A stretch of DNA of 64,000 bases, taken from Acidobacteriota bacterium. Lineage in GTDB: Bacteria > Acidobacteriota > UBA6911. How positions within the stretch are numbered: position 1 is the first letter of the stretch; each line of letters starts with the position of its first letter. The position numbers and the translations under genes were made by a program. The stretch is from positions 1,888,001 through 1,952,000 of the forward strand of contig OY761556.1 in the NCBI GenBank assembly GCA_963664705.1, written 5' to 3'. Below, one piece after another: positions 22,305 through 32,359 of this stretch. The notes beneath the pieces are model-generated. The model worked only from the letters and a program-made list of their open reading frames with translations. It was not told the DNA's origin and ran no database searches.

Positions 22305-24059
22305 TCAATTTCCCTGTCCCAGTTTCGCTACCTGCTGCTCAATAACGGAATCCTCGATTTTGCTGAATAGAATCTCACGTTTTCCCAGCGCGTGACCTTC
22401 CGGCAGTCTTAGTTTGGGGACATCCGACCAGCGCTGTTCCCGATGCGAACCCGGCGCATTCAGCATTCGCCAGAGTTTTTCGGCGGAGAAGGGGAGAAAC
22501 GGTTCCATCAGCACCGCCAGCGCAATATGCAACTGCAGCGTGGTATAGAGCGTGGACGCGCAGCGGGCACGATTCGTCTTCAGGGAACTCCAGGGGGCTT
22601 CATCATTGAAGTATTTATTCCCGGTTCGAGCGAGATCCATTAGTTCTCCGACGGCTCGACGTACCTGAAAATCCTCGAGGGCGGCGCCGATCTTCTTTGT
22701 GCTTTCTTCAATTGCAGTCAGAATAGCGCGGTCTGAATCCGCGAGATCGCCCGCGGGCGGAACTTTAGCTTCGAAATTCTTCTCGATAAAGGCAAGACTG
22801 CGGTTAATGAGATTCCCTAGAACATCGGCCAATTCGCTGTTATTGCGGACCTGAAAATCCTTCCAGGTAAAATCCGCATCCTTGTTTTCCGGCGCATTGG
22901 CTTCCATCCAGTAGCGAAGCGGATCGGGGGGAAGGACATCGAGATACTCGTCGACCCATACAGCCCAGTTGCGGCTGGTGGAGATCTTCTTGCCCTCAAT
23001 GTTCAGGAACTCGTTGGCAGGAATTTGCGACGGCAGAATGAATTCCTGATGTGCCATCAATGTGGCTGGCCATACGATGGCGTGAAAGACGATGTTGTCC
23101 TTGCCTATGAAATGAATCAGCTTCGTTTGCGGATCAAACCAATAATCCCGCCAGCGATCCGGTGTGCCCTGTTTCTGGGCCCATTCCACCGAGGACGAGA
23201 TATAGCCGATCGGGGCATCGAACCATACATAAAGAACTTTCCCTTCCGCGTCCGGAAGTGGAACGGGAATGCCCCAGTCAATGTCCCGTGTAATCGGCCT
23301 GTCGGTCAGGCCCTCCTGGAACCAGCCTGAGCAAAACTCTCGAACATTGCTTTTCCAATTGGTCTGCGCGCTCTGCCAGTCCTCGAGCTGCTTCTGGAAA
23401 GCGGAGAGGCGGAAATACCAGTGTTTGGTTGTACGGAACTCCGGAGTGGAACCGCAGACTTTGCACTTCGGAGATACCAGTTGCTCGGGCTCAAGCCAGC
23501 GGCCGCAAGCTTCGCACTGGTCGCCGCGGGCACCCTGCTGATGGCAGTGTGGACACTCCCCCTCGATGTATCGATCGGGCAGGAATCGTTTACAGCTGGT
23601 GCAATAGTATTGGCGGATCGACTGCTCCTTAATAAATCCCTTTTCATTCAGATTGAGAAAGAAGTCCTGCGAGATCTTGTGATGCAGGGGCAGCGAGGTC
23701 CTGGAGTAGTTGTTGAAAGCCACCCCCATGCGCTGGAAACTGGTCTGCATCAATGCATGATAGCGATCAACGATTACCTGTGGGGTGACATTTTCCTTAT
23801 CCGCGCGAATGGTGATGGGGACACCATGTTCATCGGAGCCGCAGATGAATAGAACATCGGCACCGCACAGGCGTTTGTAGCGAACGTATACGTCCGCTGG
23901 AATGTATGCCCCTGCCAGATGCCCGATGTGCAAAGGGCCGTTAGCGTAGGGAAGTGCCGCAGTCACCAGAATTTTTTCGGCCTGATCCACTGAAATATTC
24001 CTTTCTGCCGTTAGGTTGCACGATCCCAAAGAGACGGGATCGCCATTGTCATTCGCCAA
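22305..24059 (-). CDS. metG: Methionine--tRNA ligase (no C-terminal tRNA-binding appendix)
   Basis: ALPYANGPLHIGH, GSDEHG, zinc knuckle, YVWFDA, KISTS; start may be slightly downstream. Confidence 0.97.
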   Translation of the reverse strand: MANDNGDPVSLGSCNLTAERNISVDQAEKILVTAALPYANGPLHIGHLAGAYIPADVYVRYKRLCGADVLFICGSDEHGVPITIRADKENVTPQVIVDRYHALMQTSFQRMGVAFNNYSRTSLPLHHKISQDFFLNLNEKGFIKEQSIRQYYCTSCKRFLPDRYIEGECPHCHQQGARGDQCEACGRWLEPEQLVSPKCKVCGSTPEFRTTKHWYFRLSAFQKQLEDWQSAQTNWKSNVREFCSGWFQEGLTDRPITRDIDWGIPVPLPDAEGKVLYVWFDAPIGYISSSVEWAQKQGTPDRWRDYWFDPQTKLIHFIGKDNIVFHAIVWPATLMAHQEFILPSQIPANEFLNIEGKKISTSRNWAVWVDEYLDVLPPDPLRYWMEANAPENKDADFTWKDFQVRNNSELADVLGNLINRSLAFIEKNFEAKVPPAGDLADSDRAILTAIEESTKKIGAALEDFQVRRAVGELMDLARTGNKYFNDEAPWSSLKTNRARCASTLYTTLQLHIALAVLMEPFLPFSAEKLWRMLNAPGSHREQRWSDVPKLRLPEGHALGKREILFSKIEDSVIEQQVAKLGQGN

Positions 24060-24624
24060 TCTCGCTAGGGTGCTTAAATTTTACGTATTCCTGAAGCGCG
24101 TCTCGAGTCGAAGGAAATGCAAGCTGGGTCCAGGGAATGTCCTCAAGCGCAAACGACCGGACCTCTTTGCTTTCCGGCGTGCATCCGGCTACGCCGCCAG
24201 TTACGGTTGCTCGAAAAACAACCAAAACAATTCCAACGTTCGCGTAGGAATACACATTCAACATGCCGTCAAGCCGCACGTTCAGAAGTGTCTCCTCGTG
24301 CGTTTCCCGGATAGCCGCATCCTCGACCCGTTCACCCAGATCGACATAGCCTCCGGGAAATGTCCAACTGCCCCAGGACGGCTCGACGTTCCTTCGCACC
24401 AGCCAGATCTTCCCGTCCTGTTCCGGTATCGCTCCTGCCACGACCTTAGGATTCATGTAAAAGATGAATCCGCAGGACTCGCAAATTTTGCGAACGTGCT
24501 GTTCCTCTTCAAGGTAGCGTTCGACAAGGGACCCACCGCAGCGCGGACAATATTTTGCCCACGCTGAATCTGGCGGGTGTTGAAGCCAGATATGGCGGTG
24601 CCGGTCTTCCATAGTCAACCTCAA
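24049..24624 (-). CDS. NUDIX hydrolase with N-terminal zinc ribbon
   Basis: YCPRCG, CESCG, Nudix box GGYVDLGERVEDAAIRETHEET. Confidence 0.92.
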   Translation of the reverse strand: MRLTMEDRHRHIWLQHPPDSAWAKYCPRCGGSLVERYLEEEQHVRKICESCGFIFYMNPKVVAGAIPEQDGKIWLVRRNVEPSWGSWTFPGGYVDLGERVEDAAIRETHEETLLNVRLDGMLNVYSYANVGIVLVVFRATVTGGVAGCTPESKEVRSFALEDIPWTQLAFPSTRDALQEYVKFKHPSEIGE

Positions 24625-24680
24625 TTATTCCTTTGGGCGCCAATTGCAATGAGCCTGCCCGTGAGAAGTATAATATCAGC

Positions 24681-25148
24681 ATGCTGAAGATTCGCAATTT
24701 TCATGTGGGGGATTTCGAATTTCTCTATCGGATGGATCACATCTGCTTTGAGCCGGGAATTGCCTTTTCCAGGGGAGAACTTGCGCTTTATCTGAATCAC
24801 AGGCATGCGATAGCAAGAATAGCAGAACTATCCGGAGCGATCGCGGGATTCATCCTGGTTCGTATCGAAAGGCGATCCATCGCCCATATGATTACCCTGG
24901 ACGTGCTGCCGCAATACCGTCGAATGGGAATAGGAACAGCCTTGATGGAAGATGCGCATGGCGAACTTGCGCGCCGCAGGATTGCCACTGCAATCCTGGA
25001 AGTAGCGGTCGAAAATGTCGGGGCTCAACTGCTGTATAAGAACCTTGGTTACAGGGAAGGAGCCCTTCTAACCGGATATTACCGCGGCAGGGAAGATGCC
25101 TATCGCATGGAAGCGAAGATCCCATGCGAGGCCCAGACTCCCGGGTAG
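24681..25148 (+). CDS. GNAT N-acetyltransferase (RimI-like)
   Basis: LDVLPQYRRMGIG, LEVAVEN..AQ.LY..LGY, YY...EDAY.M. Confidence 0.88.
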   Translation: MLKIRNFHVGDFEFLYRMDHICFEPGIAFSRGELALYLNHRHAIARIAELSGAIAGFILVRIERRSIAHMITLDVLPQYRRMGIGTALMEDAHGELARRRIATAILEVAVENVGAQLLYKNLGYREGALLTGYYRGREDAYRMEAKIPCEAQTPG

Positions 25149-25171
25149 TACCCGAAGCCCATCGGGAAAGA

Positions 25172-26332
25172 CTATGATTCCTTCGCCATATAGCCTTTGC
25201 GGGTGACCACCTTGAATTTCAACGGCTTGCCCTTTTCATCCTTGAGGTCGGCGTTCACATCCACGCGAATCTTCCTGAATTTCCCATCCTTGACGGTGTT
25301 GCTGGATGCATAGGCAATGCTGTATTGGCTTCTCAGCAGCTTTGAGATATTGTCGAATATCGCCGGGAGTTCAGTTTCGAAGCGCGGAAAATAGGCGGCT
25401 CCACCCGAATAATCCGCGAAGGATCGAAGCCGATTATCCGCCATCAGGAGATCGAGATTGGCGGAACTGCTGATGGCTCCGGCCGCTTCGGCGCGAATCC
25501 TGAAATTTTGCCCCAGCCCGATGGCATAGACCGAGGCATTCGCCTGTTTGCATTTATTCAGAGCTTCATCGTATGTATGACGGCTGAAAGTATCCAACCC
25601 TGTGCTGACAAGAAGGACTGCCACCTTCCCCTCAATTTCCTGCGTCCGGTCCAAGGCAAAAATGAGCGCGTCCGAGAGATTACTTTCATAGTACGCCGGG
25701 TAAGTAAAGCGTCGCAGCGCTTCCTGGATTTTGCTTCGGTCCTGAGTGAAATCGCACAGGATGGTTGTATGCATGTCGTATCCCACGACCGCAACCCAGT
25801 CGCCTTTGCGCAGGCTGTTGGCGAAGTAGTACATTGCATTCCAGACCTCATCAATAAACCTGGAAATATTGCGACTGTACTCTGTAAGCATCACAACCGT
25901 GACGTTGGCTTCCAGCGGAGAAAAATTTGAAATCTCTTGCTTGACGTTATCCTCGTAGATGGTAAAGTTCTCAGGTTTTAGGCCGGTAATCGTATTGCCT
26001 TTTGTATCGGTTACCAACACCTGGAGCGAAACGAGATCCACCGCCACCGAAATTGACGTTTGTCCCTGGGGTTTGTCCTGATCCTCCGTATCGGTGGGAG
26101 CCGGTCGCTGACGCCGGGGTTTTGGATCCTGGCGTGGAGTGTCCTGGGCAAAGACCGCGGCCGGAGCGAATAGGGTAGCGCGATTTTGCACGCAGGCTGC
26201 CACGATGGATAAGGTCAGGAAGCAAAGCAATAGAAGACGTATCTTTTTCAGGCAGGTCATACGGTGGCTCCGGTTTTTCGATGCTTTCGCGGAAGTTTTC
26301 TTGACGTCCGACACTCCGAAATGGTAGCACAA
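25172..26332 (-). CDS. VWFA-related Acidobacterial-type VWA domain protein (degenerate MIDAS)
   Basis: VTDTKGNTITGLKPENFTIYEDNVKQ, LRSQYSIAY, DGKFRKIRV; MIDAS position reads TEYS; start uncertain. Confidence 0.85.
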   Translation of the reverse strand: MCYHFGVSDVKKTSAKASKNRSHRMTCLKKIRLLLLCFLTLSIVAACVQNRATLFAPAAVFAQDTPRQDPKPRRQRPAPTDTEDQDKPQGQTSISVAVDLVSLQVLVTDTKGNTITGLKPENFTIYEDNVKQEISNFSPLEANVTVVMLTEYSRNISRFIDEVWNAMYYFANSLRKGDWVAVVGYDMHTTILCDFTQDRSKIQEALRRFTYPAYYESNLSDALIFALDRTQEIEGKVAVLLVSTGLDTFSRHTYDEALNKCKQANASVYAIGLGQNFRIRAEAAGAISSSANLDLLMADNRLRSFADYSGGAAYFPRFETELPAIFDNISKLLRSQYSIAYASSNTVKDGKFRKIRVDVNADLKDEKGKPLKFKVVTRKGYMAKES

Positions 26333-26374
26333 TCATTACCGGGTCTCAAAGGAACGTCCGCGGGACAAATTGAT

Positions 26375-26403
26375 TTGACCTTGAAATTTCAGGGTGCTAA
26401 TAA
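26375..26403 (+). promoter_or_regulatory. Candidate sigma70 promoter with an overlapping palindrome
   Basis: TTGACC-17 bp-TAATAA with TGn extension; imperfect palindrome CCTTGAAA/TTTCAGGG overlapping the -35 end and the spacer. Confidence 0.45.
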
Positions 26404-26470
26404 TTCAAAGGGTTAGACAGAAAACATCAATCGTCTCGGTCTCCGGGATTGCCTTAATTGGAGGTACACT

Positions 26471-26725
26471 GTGAGCTACTGTCCGGAATGCGAAGCCGTT
26501 ATTGACGAAGAATTCGAGGACGTAGGAGAACTCATTACCTGCCCAGAATGCGGGGTTGAGCTGGAAGTAATTTCGATCGATCCCGTGGAATTCGATCTTG
26601 CTCCAATCGACGACGAAGACGAGGATGACGAATTCCGCTTCGAGGATGGCGATGACGAAGAAGAAGAATGGGACGATGATGATTCCTACGACGAGGATGA
26701 AGACGACGAAGACGAAGATATGTGA
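26471..26725 (+). CDS. LysW-like zinc-ribbon protein with long acidic tail
   Basis: CPECEA...GELITCPECGVELEVISIDP as in LysW; GGAGG RBS; lacks the terminal EDWGE. Confidence 0.8.
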   Translation: MSYCPECEAVIDEEFEDVGELITCPECGVELEVISIDPVEFDLAPIDDEDEDDEFRFEDGDDEEEEWDDDDSYDEDEDDEDEDM

Positions 26726-26810
26726 TTCTCCCCTGCCGAGCTTTCAGGTCCCGCCGGGTGCTGCGGAGGAGTGTGTTTTTATCTGCAAGAAACGGAGCAA
26801 TAGCCCTTAA

Positions 26811-27500
26811 GTGTTGCAGCATATCCAATTGATAATCCTTGATCTCGACTATGTCGTATTCGACTGCGCAAAGCTGAAGCTGCAGTCCTTGCGGCAGAGT
26901 CTGATCTCACTAGCCGATATTATTCCTCCCGATGTCCGACTTCCCGATGAAGTTGACGTTGGCGAAGCCTTCCAGCAGCACGGCCTTCAGTGGCTCGATA
27001 ACCTGGAACTCGGATTTGATGAAGAAAACCTGGACGCTCTTCGCCAGTCTTATGTGCTGAACGAGAGCCGTCTGGTAGCGGCTGGCGTTGGTTCGGTCTT
27101 CCCGGGGCTGCGGAGCTTTATCCAGGAATACAGAGAGAAGGGCATTGCCGTTGCTCTTGGAGCCGAAGCCACGAGAGATTACCTGGTTGCGGTATCCGAG
27201 CGGCATCAATTGGAGGAAATGTTTCAGATCTCCCTGTGCACCGAGGAATATGGTTCTGGAGGCTCTGAGGAAATGCTCGAGGAAATCATCCACTTTACGG
27301 AGGTAAACCCAAGCGAAGCGCTTGTGCTTGGCGCACGCCCCAGGCTTTTCGAAGCGGCGCACAACCTGGAAATGCTGGCAATCGAGTGCGGTTGGGGAGT
27401 CCGGCAACCTTCCGGGGACGCGGACATTCAGGCTCCGATAATTGCCCAGTTAAATTCCGCAATCGTGAAGGCCGATCAGCTCGCGTCTGAGAAGTATTAA
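26811..27500 (+). CDS. HAD-superfamily protein with degenerate catalytic motifs
   Basis: IILDLDYVVFD motif I; motifs III/IV not canonical. Confidence 0.75.
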   Translation: MLQHIQLIILDLDYVVFDCAKLKLQSLRQSLISLADIIPPDVRLPDEVDVGEAFQQHGLQWLDNLELGFDEENLDALRQSYVLNESRLVAAGVGSVFPGLRSFIQEYREKGIAVALGAEATRDYLVAVSERHQLEEMFQISLCTEEYGSGGSEEMLEEIIHFTEVNPSEALVLGARPRLFEAAHNLEMLAIECGWGVRQPSGDADIQAPIIAQLNSAIVKADQLASEKY

Positions 27501-27565
27501 AGAATGGCGAGGCCGCCCGGGCCTGATTTCCGTCGTCTTCTAAAAGACGTGGTACAATAAAATTC

Positions 27566-28399
27566 ATGACCCTGGAAGAAAAAGAAAAACAATTAGAGCA
27601 AATGCTTAAGAGTGTTGCGCCTGTCATCGTTGCCTACAGCGGCGGTGTTGACAGTTCCTACCTTGCCTACAAGGCGCACCAGGTTTTGGGCGATCGCGCA
27701 TTGGCCGTGACGGCGGAGAGCGCTTCGGTGCCATCCAGCCAGAGAAAAATGGCCGCGCAAGTTGTGAACCAATTCGGGATTCCGCATAAAATTGTTCATT
27801 CGAAGGAAATAGAGAATCCTCTATACAGTGCCAACCCGACCAACCGTTGCTACTACTGCAAAGACGAGGTTTATACTATCCTGCGATCCGTTGCCGGCGA
27901 GTTGGGAAATGCTACCATTCTAGATGGGTTGAATTCCGATGATACCGGTGATTTCCGTCCGGGCAGAATCGCCGGGAAAGAGCACAGCGTTCGCAGTCCG
28001 CTTCTGGAAGCGGGCCTGAACAAAAATGAAATCCGGGAGCTATCCCGCCGCGCCGGTCTTCCCACCGCGGATATGCCTGCTTCGGCTTGCCTGTCTTCCC
28101 GTTTTCCCTATGGAGTCCACATAACGGAAGAGAAGCTGAAGATTGTGGATCAGGGAGAAGAAACCCTGCGCGAAATGGGTTTCCAGGTATTCCGCGTGCG
28201 GTACCACGAAAACATGGTACGGCTGGAATTCGGAGCGGAAGACATGAAGAAGGTTCTGAATCCCGAAATGGCTGCTTCGTTGGCGCGGGCATTCAAGGCC
28301 TTGGGCTTCAAATATGTCGCGCTTGATCTGGAAGGGTATCGGACCGGATCCGCAAATGAAGTGCTCAGTTCCGAAGAAACCGTAAAATTCAGCGTGTAG
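27566..28399 (+). CDS. larE: ATP-dependent sacrificial sulfur transferase LarE family
   Basis: AYSGGVDS, NRCYYCK, DFRPG, ACLSSRFPYG, LDLEGYRTGS. Confidence 0.92.
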   Translation: MTLEEKEKQLEQMLKSVAPVIVAYSGGVDSSYLAYKAHQVLGDRALAVTAESASVPSSQRKMAAQVVNQFGIPHKIVHSKEIENPLYSANPTNRCYYCKDEVYTILRSVAGELGNATILDGLNSDDTGDFRPGRIAGKEHSVRSPLLEAGLNKNEIRELSRRAGLPTADMPASACLSSRFPYGVHITEEKLKIVDQGEETLREMGFQVFRVRYHENMVRLEFGAEDMKKVLNPEMAASLARAFKALGFKYVALDLEGYRTGSANEVLSSEETVKFSV

Positions 28400-28550
28400 A
28401 CAACCACGGCCGCTGCCCCACTAATAGGCGCTCCGGAATGGGAACGGTGGAGTACTGCGGGTAGCTGCCGCCTTTGAAAACCATAAACGCCGAAGGCGAT
28501 AGAAAGATACTGCACTGCGAAGGCCGCCCGAGGTCCTGGGGTAGTTGTTC

Positions 28551-31082
28551 TCACACCACTTTGAGCACCTGCTGAACGACTTCCTTCACTTCCTCAATTT
28601 TGAAGGGCTTGGCAAGATAGCGGCTTTGATTGTCTTCAAAGAACGATCGTGTATCCATGCTTACGGTATCCCCGGTGACAAAAACGATGCGGCTCGCAAG
28701 CTTTGGACGGTTTTCCTTGATCCACCCATAGAGGTCTTTTCCGCTCATCTGCGGCATCTTGAAGTCGCTGATGACCAGGTCATATTGCGTTGTCTGTATC
28801 TTGTCCATGGCCATCCGGCCATCGCTGGCCGTGTCCACCTGCTTCGGTAGAGTGCCAAAAACCTCCACGAAGAAATCGAGTATGTATTTCTCATCATCGA
28901 CCACAAGAATCGTCTTGTCCCGGATGAGTTTATCGAATTCATAGGCGGGAGGCATGAGTTCAGCGGCAATGCTGAACTCATCCTGGAGCTTTGAAATGAC
29001 GGGGAGCTCAATGATAAACGTAGATCCCTCTCCTATGCGGCTCCGGGCGTAAATATTGCCTCCGTGCTCTTTGATCATGCCGTATGAAAGGCTCAGACCC
29101 AGCCCGGTTCCTTTGCCCACTTCCTTCGTGGTAAAGAACGGATCGAAAATCCTCGTCAGATAATTCTCCGGAATCCCAGGCCCATCGTCTTTGATTTCGA
29201 CAATCACGCGCGCATTCTGATTGTCGCTATGGGTGCGGATATGCAACTGGCCGCGTCCATGTGCTTCCAGCATGGCTTGCTCGGCATTGGTCAGAACATT
29301 GAGAAAAACCTGCTGCAGTTGATGAGCATCGGCGATGGTTTTGGGAAGGTGCCGATCCAAATCGCGGCCTATTTCGATGTTATTGACATGAAGATCATAA
29401 CTTCTCAGTTCGATTGTCTTCTCCAGGATGTCGTTAATATCCGAGAGCGTTCGTTCGGGCTTCTGTTTGCGCGCGAAGGAGAGCAGATTCTGTACAATTT
29501 TCTGGCACCGTAACGCGAGATTGTTGATCTTCAGCAGGTTCTCTTTTACGCGATCATCCAGATCCTTGCGCATCTGCAGCAATTGCGAATAACCCATTAC
29601 GCCCGTGAGAGGATTATTCAGCTCATGGGCAATGCCGGAAATCAGCTCGCCGATCGCCGACAGTTTTTCGGACTGAATGAGCTGCTGCTGAAGCAGCTTT
29701 TCATTGCTGATATCTTTGGCAACATGGATCGATCCTACCAGCCGTTTGCCCTTGTCATACCACGGGCTGACGGAAATCTGGAAAACGCCTCCCATGACAG
29801 GCAGCGTCATTTCCTCAACAAGAAGCGTTTCAGATTTCAAGGGGCGTGTGTGTCGGCAGGCACTCTGTCCGGATGTTTCGTGATTGTAAATCTCGGAACA
29901 GTACCTCCCGATCACCTTCTGCGGAATAGTATTCAACCGCCGTGCCAGAGCGACGTTGGCGCGGATGACTTTGCCGGTTGTATCATGGACCGAAACGCAG
30001 TCCTGCATGGCATCAAAGGTCGTTTCCCATTCACGCTGGCTTCGCGAAACGCGCTGGAATAGACGGGCGCTTTCCAAAGCAATGGAAGCCTGGTGGGCAA
30101 GGGTTTCGGCGCGACGAATCTCCTCTTCGGAAAATTTTCTTTCCCGCGAATCATCGCTGCAGACAAGCACTCCGATCGCCTGCTCCTTGGTCAGCAGCGG
30201 CGCGATAATCGCCGCTCGCCATCCCAGCCGTTGCATCAGCTCGCTGCTGTTGCGTCCGTCCCTCGAAATATCCTCAATGGCAATCACGCGCTTTCCCTCG
30301 AGCGCGGTAACGGCAATCGAGGCCTCCGAATAGCGGATTTTTACGCTTCGGATATCGAGGTTCTCCGTCTGGGTTGACGCAGACCCCGCGAGATACTGGT
30401 TTTCATCCTCCAGCAGGAACAGGTGGCATTGATCGGTTTTTGCCAGTCGCTTTCCCTCAACGACGATTCTTTGGATGATGTCTTCAAGATTCAGGCTCTG
30501 AGAGATGATCTTATTCAATTCCTGCATGGCCACAAGATCTTCGGAGAACTTGCTGTACTGCTCACTGAGCAGCGAGTTTGCCGAGGCAACCCCGATCATG
30601 TCGCAAAGAGCGAGAATGAATACCTCCTGGCCCGCACTGATTGCCGTTGCGCTTTTGCGCGCAAGAGATAGAAATCCTATTCGCTGATTGCCCGATTGAA
30701 TGGGATACTCGCCAAAAAACTTCAAATCGGAGGCACGCAGCGCATCCGAGAATGGACCCGGTCCCCACTTTGAAACACTTCCGGAAACCGGCGCAGGTGA
30801 AAAATGTGCGCTGTCGGTCACGCTACAACTTAATAGAGACAGAACTTGTTTGCGAAAACCCTTGCTGACAACCGCGCCATCCGCTTCCTGAATCGACGGT
30901 ATTCGAAACATCCCGGCATCGATCTTCACGATTTCCCGCAAGGCATCAAGCGCCGCGGAAAGGATGACGCGGAGATTCGTGGATCGGCCAATCAATGACG
31001 AGATCTTTCTGAGGGCCTCTGTTTCGTTTGTCTTGGGCTTGGAACTCGGTCGAGCAGATTTCTTTACAGAGGTGATTGCCAC
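28551..31082 (-). CDS. Hybrid sensor histidine kinase (GAF-GAF-PAS-HisKA-HATPase-REC)
   Basis: AHELNNPL, NVLTNAEQA, DDGPGI, FFTTKEVGKGTGLGL, receiver LVVDDE...DFKMP...KPF. Confidence 0.93.
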   Translation of the reverse strand: MAITSVKKSARPSSKPKTNETEALRKISSLIGRSTNLRVILSAALDALREIVKIDAGMFRIPSIQEADGAVVSKGFRKQVLSLLSCSVTDSAHFSPAPVSGSVSKWGPGPFSDALRASDLKFFGEYPIQSGNQRIGFLSLARKSATAISAGQEVFILALCDMIGVASANSLLSEQYSKFSEDLVAMQELNKIISQSLNLEDIIQRIVVEGKRLAKTDQCHLFLLEDENQYLAGSASTQTENLDIRSVKIRYSEASIAVTALEGKRVIAIEDISRDGRNSSELMQRLGWRAAIIAPLLTKEQAIGVLVCSDDSRERKFSEEEIRRAETLAHQASIALESARLFQRVSRSQREWETTFDAMQDCVSVHDTTGKVIRANVALARRLNTIPQKVIGRYCSEIYNHETSGQSACRHTRPLKSETLLVEEMTLPVMGGVFQISVSPWYDKGKRLVGSIHVAKDISNEKLLQQQLIQSEKLSAIGELISGIAHELNNPLTGVMGYSQLLQMRKDLDDRVKENLLKINNLALRCQKIVQNLLSFARKQKPERTLSDINDILEKTIELRSYDLHVNNIEIGRDLDRHLPKTIADAHQLQQVFLNVLTNAEQAMLEAHGRGQLHIRTHSDNQNARVIVEIKDDGPGIPENYLTRIFDPFFTTKEVGKGTGLGLSLSYGMIKEHGGNIYARSRIGEGSTFIIELPVISKLQDEFSIAAELMPPAYEFDKLIRDKTILVVDDEKYILDFFVEVFGTLPKQVDTASDGRMAMDKIQTTQYDLVISDFKMPQMSGKDLYGWIKENRPKLASRIVFVTGDTVSMDTRSFFEDNQSRYLAKPFKIEEVKEVVQQVLKVV

Positions 31083-31282
31083 AGAAGTAATCCCTTCTCA
31101 AATCATTGACAGGATGCGGTTCGATGGAATGGAAATTATAAAAATAAGAAAGAATAAACGCCAGCGAAAAGGGGAGGAGCGGGGAGACACAAGTAGCAAG
31201 TCGGGACACATAGGGTTCATCTGAACGTTGTGCCGGCTTGAAACCAGGCTTCCCGTGCGGCCCCTCCTGCCTAATGCTTTTC

Positions 31283-32359
31283 TTACTTCTTTGTCAGCTC
31301 CGCTTTCGGAGCATAATAGCCGCGGCGATAGCGCGCCGTAATGTTTGGGGCGCCATTCAGCTCGATTTTCACGCGCCGGAAAGAGCCGTCACGTGCGGCA
31401 TTGCCGGAAAAATACGCAAGGCTGTACTGGCTTCTGAGATCAGTGGCGATCTCGGTAACGATCGAGTGTATATCGGTGAGCCGCGAGGGGAAAAATGCCT
31501 TCCCACCGGTTTCTTCCGCAATTTTGGTCAGCGCGTCGCGCGCCTTCTCGGGAGCACTTTTGGACCACTTGCCGAAAAATCCCTTGTCGGGAATCTCATC
31601 GAGGAAACCAACGCTGAAGACCTGAACATCCGATTCCTGGACTTTAGCCAGGAGTTCGTCAAGCTTGTAGTAGCTGTCCCTGTCCTCGCCATCCGTAATC
31701 ACCACGACCGCTTTTTTGGGCTTGGAACCGGTGTGTGCCTTCTGAACCCCAAGATAAATGGAATCATAGAGTGCTGTTCCGCCGGTTACGATAGTGTTCT
31801 CGAAAGCATCGGTAATCTCATCGATGTCGCTGGTGTAGTCCTGCAACAGTTCCACTTCGTCGTTAAAGCCGATAAGAAACACCTGATCCTTCGGATTGCT
31901 TGCTCGAATGAAAGCCAGGGCTGCTTTCCGCACCTGGTCGATTTTGCCCTTCATGCTCCCACTGAGGTCGATAAGAATGCCCATACTGACAGGAACGTCT
32001 TCCTGCGAGAAGGATTCCAGCGCCTGCTGGATTCCATCTTCATATAATTTGAAATTCTCCTTCTTCAGGCCTCCGACAAAATGTCCGGATTTGTCAAACA
32101 CCGAGGTATACATGACAACCATGTCGACGCTGACGCCGATCGTGAAGCCTTTATCCGCGGCGGGAGTGTCCTGTGGAATTCTGGATTCGAGTTCCGGCTT
32201 GGTTTGCCGCCGTCGTTCCTGTTGTGTTGTATTCTTGTCCTGGGCGCGCAGCGTGCGGAAAACCGGCAGGGTCCCCAGCAAAAGGATCGCTGCGAGTCCC
32301 AATTTGATTCGGAGTCCCCAGGCATTAGTTTTTGGGCGCATAGTAACCCTCTTTGGCAT
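31283..32359 (-). CDS. VWFA-related Acidobacterial-type VWA domain protein
   Basis: DLSGSM MIDAS, TALYD, VITDGED, LRSQYSLAY. Confidence 0.9.
   Translation of the reverse strand: MPKRVTMRPKTNAWGLRIKLGLAAILLLGTLPVFRTLRAQDKNTTQQERRRQTKPELESRIPQDTPAADKGFTIGVSVDMVVMYTSVFDKSGHFVGGLKKENFKLYEDGIQQALESFSQEDVPVSMGILIDLSGSMKGKIDQVRKAALAFIRASNPKDQVFLIGFNDEVELLQDYTSDIDEITDAFENTIVTGGTALYDSIYLGVQKAHTGSKPKKAVVVITDGEDRDSYYKLDELLAKVQESDVQVFSVGFLDEIPDKGFFGKWSKSAPEKARDALTKIAEETGGKAFFPSRLTDIHSIVTEIATDLRSQYSLAYFSGNAARDGSFRRVKIELNGAPNITARYRRGYYAPKAELTKK

Noticed and set aside
28420-28545. Lysine, cobalamin or fluoride riboswitch
   Set aside because: Only scattered short motif matches (AGGCGC, GAGTA, CGCCGAAG, CCATAAACGC), and the site lies between two gene 3' ends; kept only as an unassigned structured candidate.
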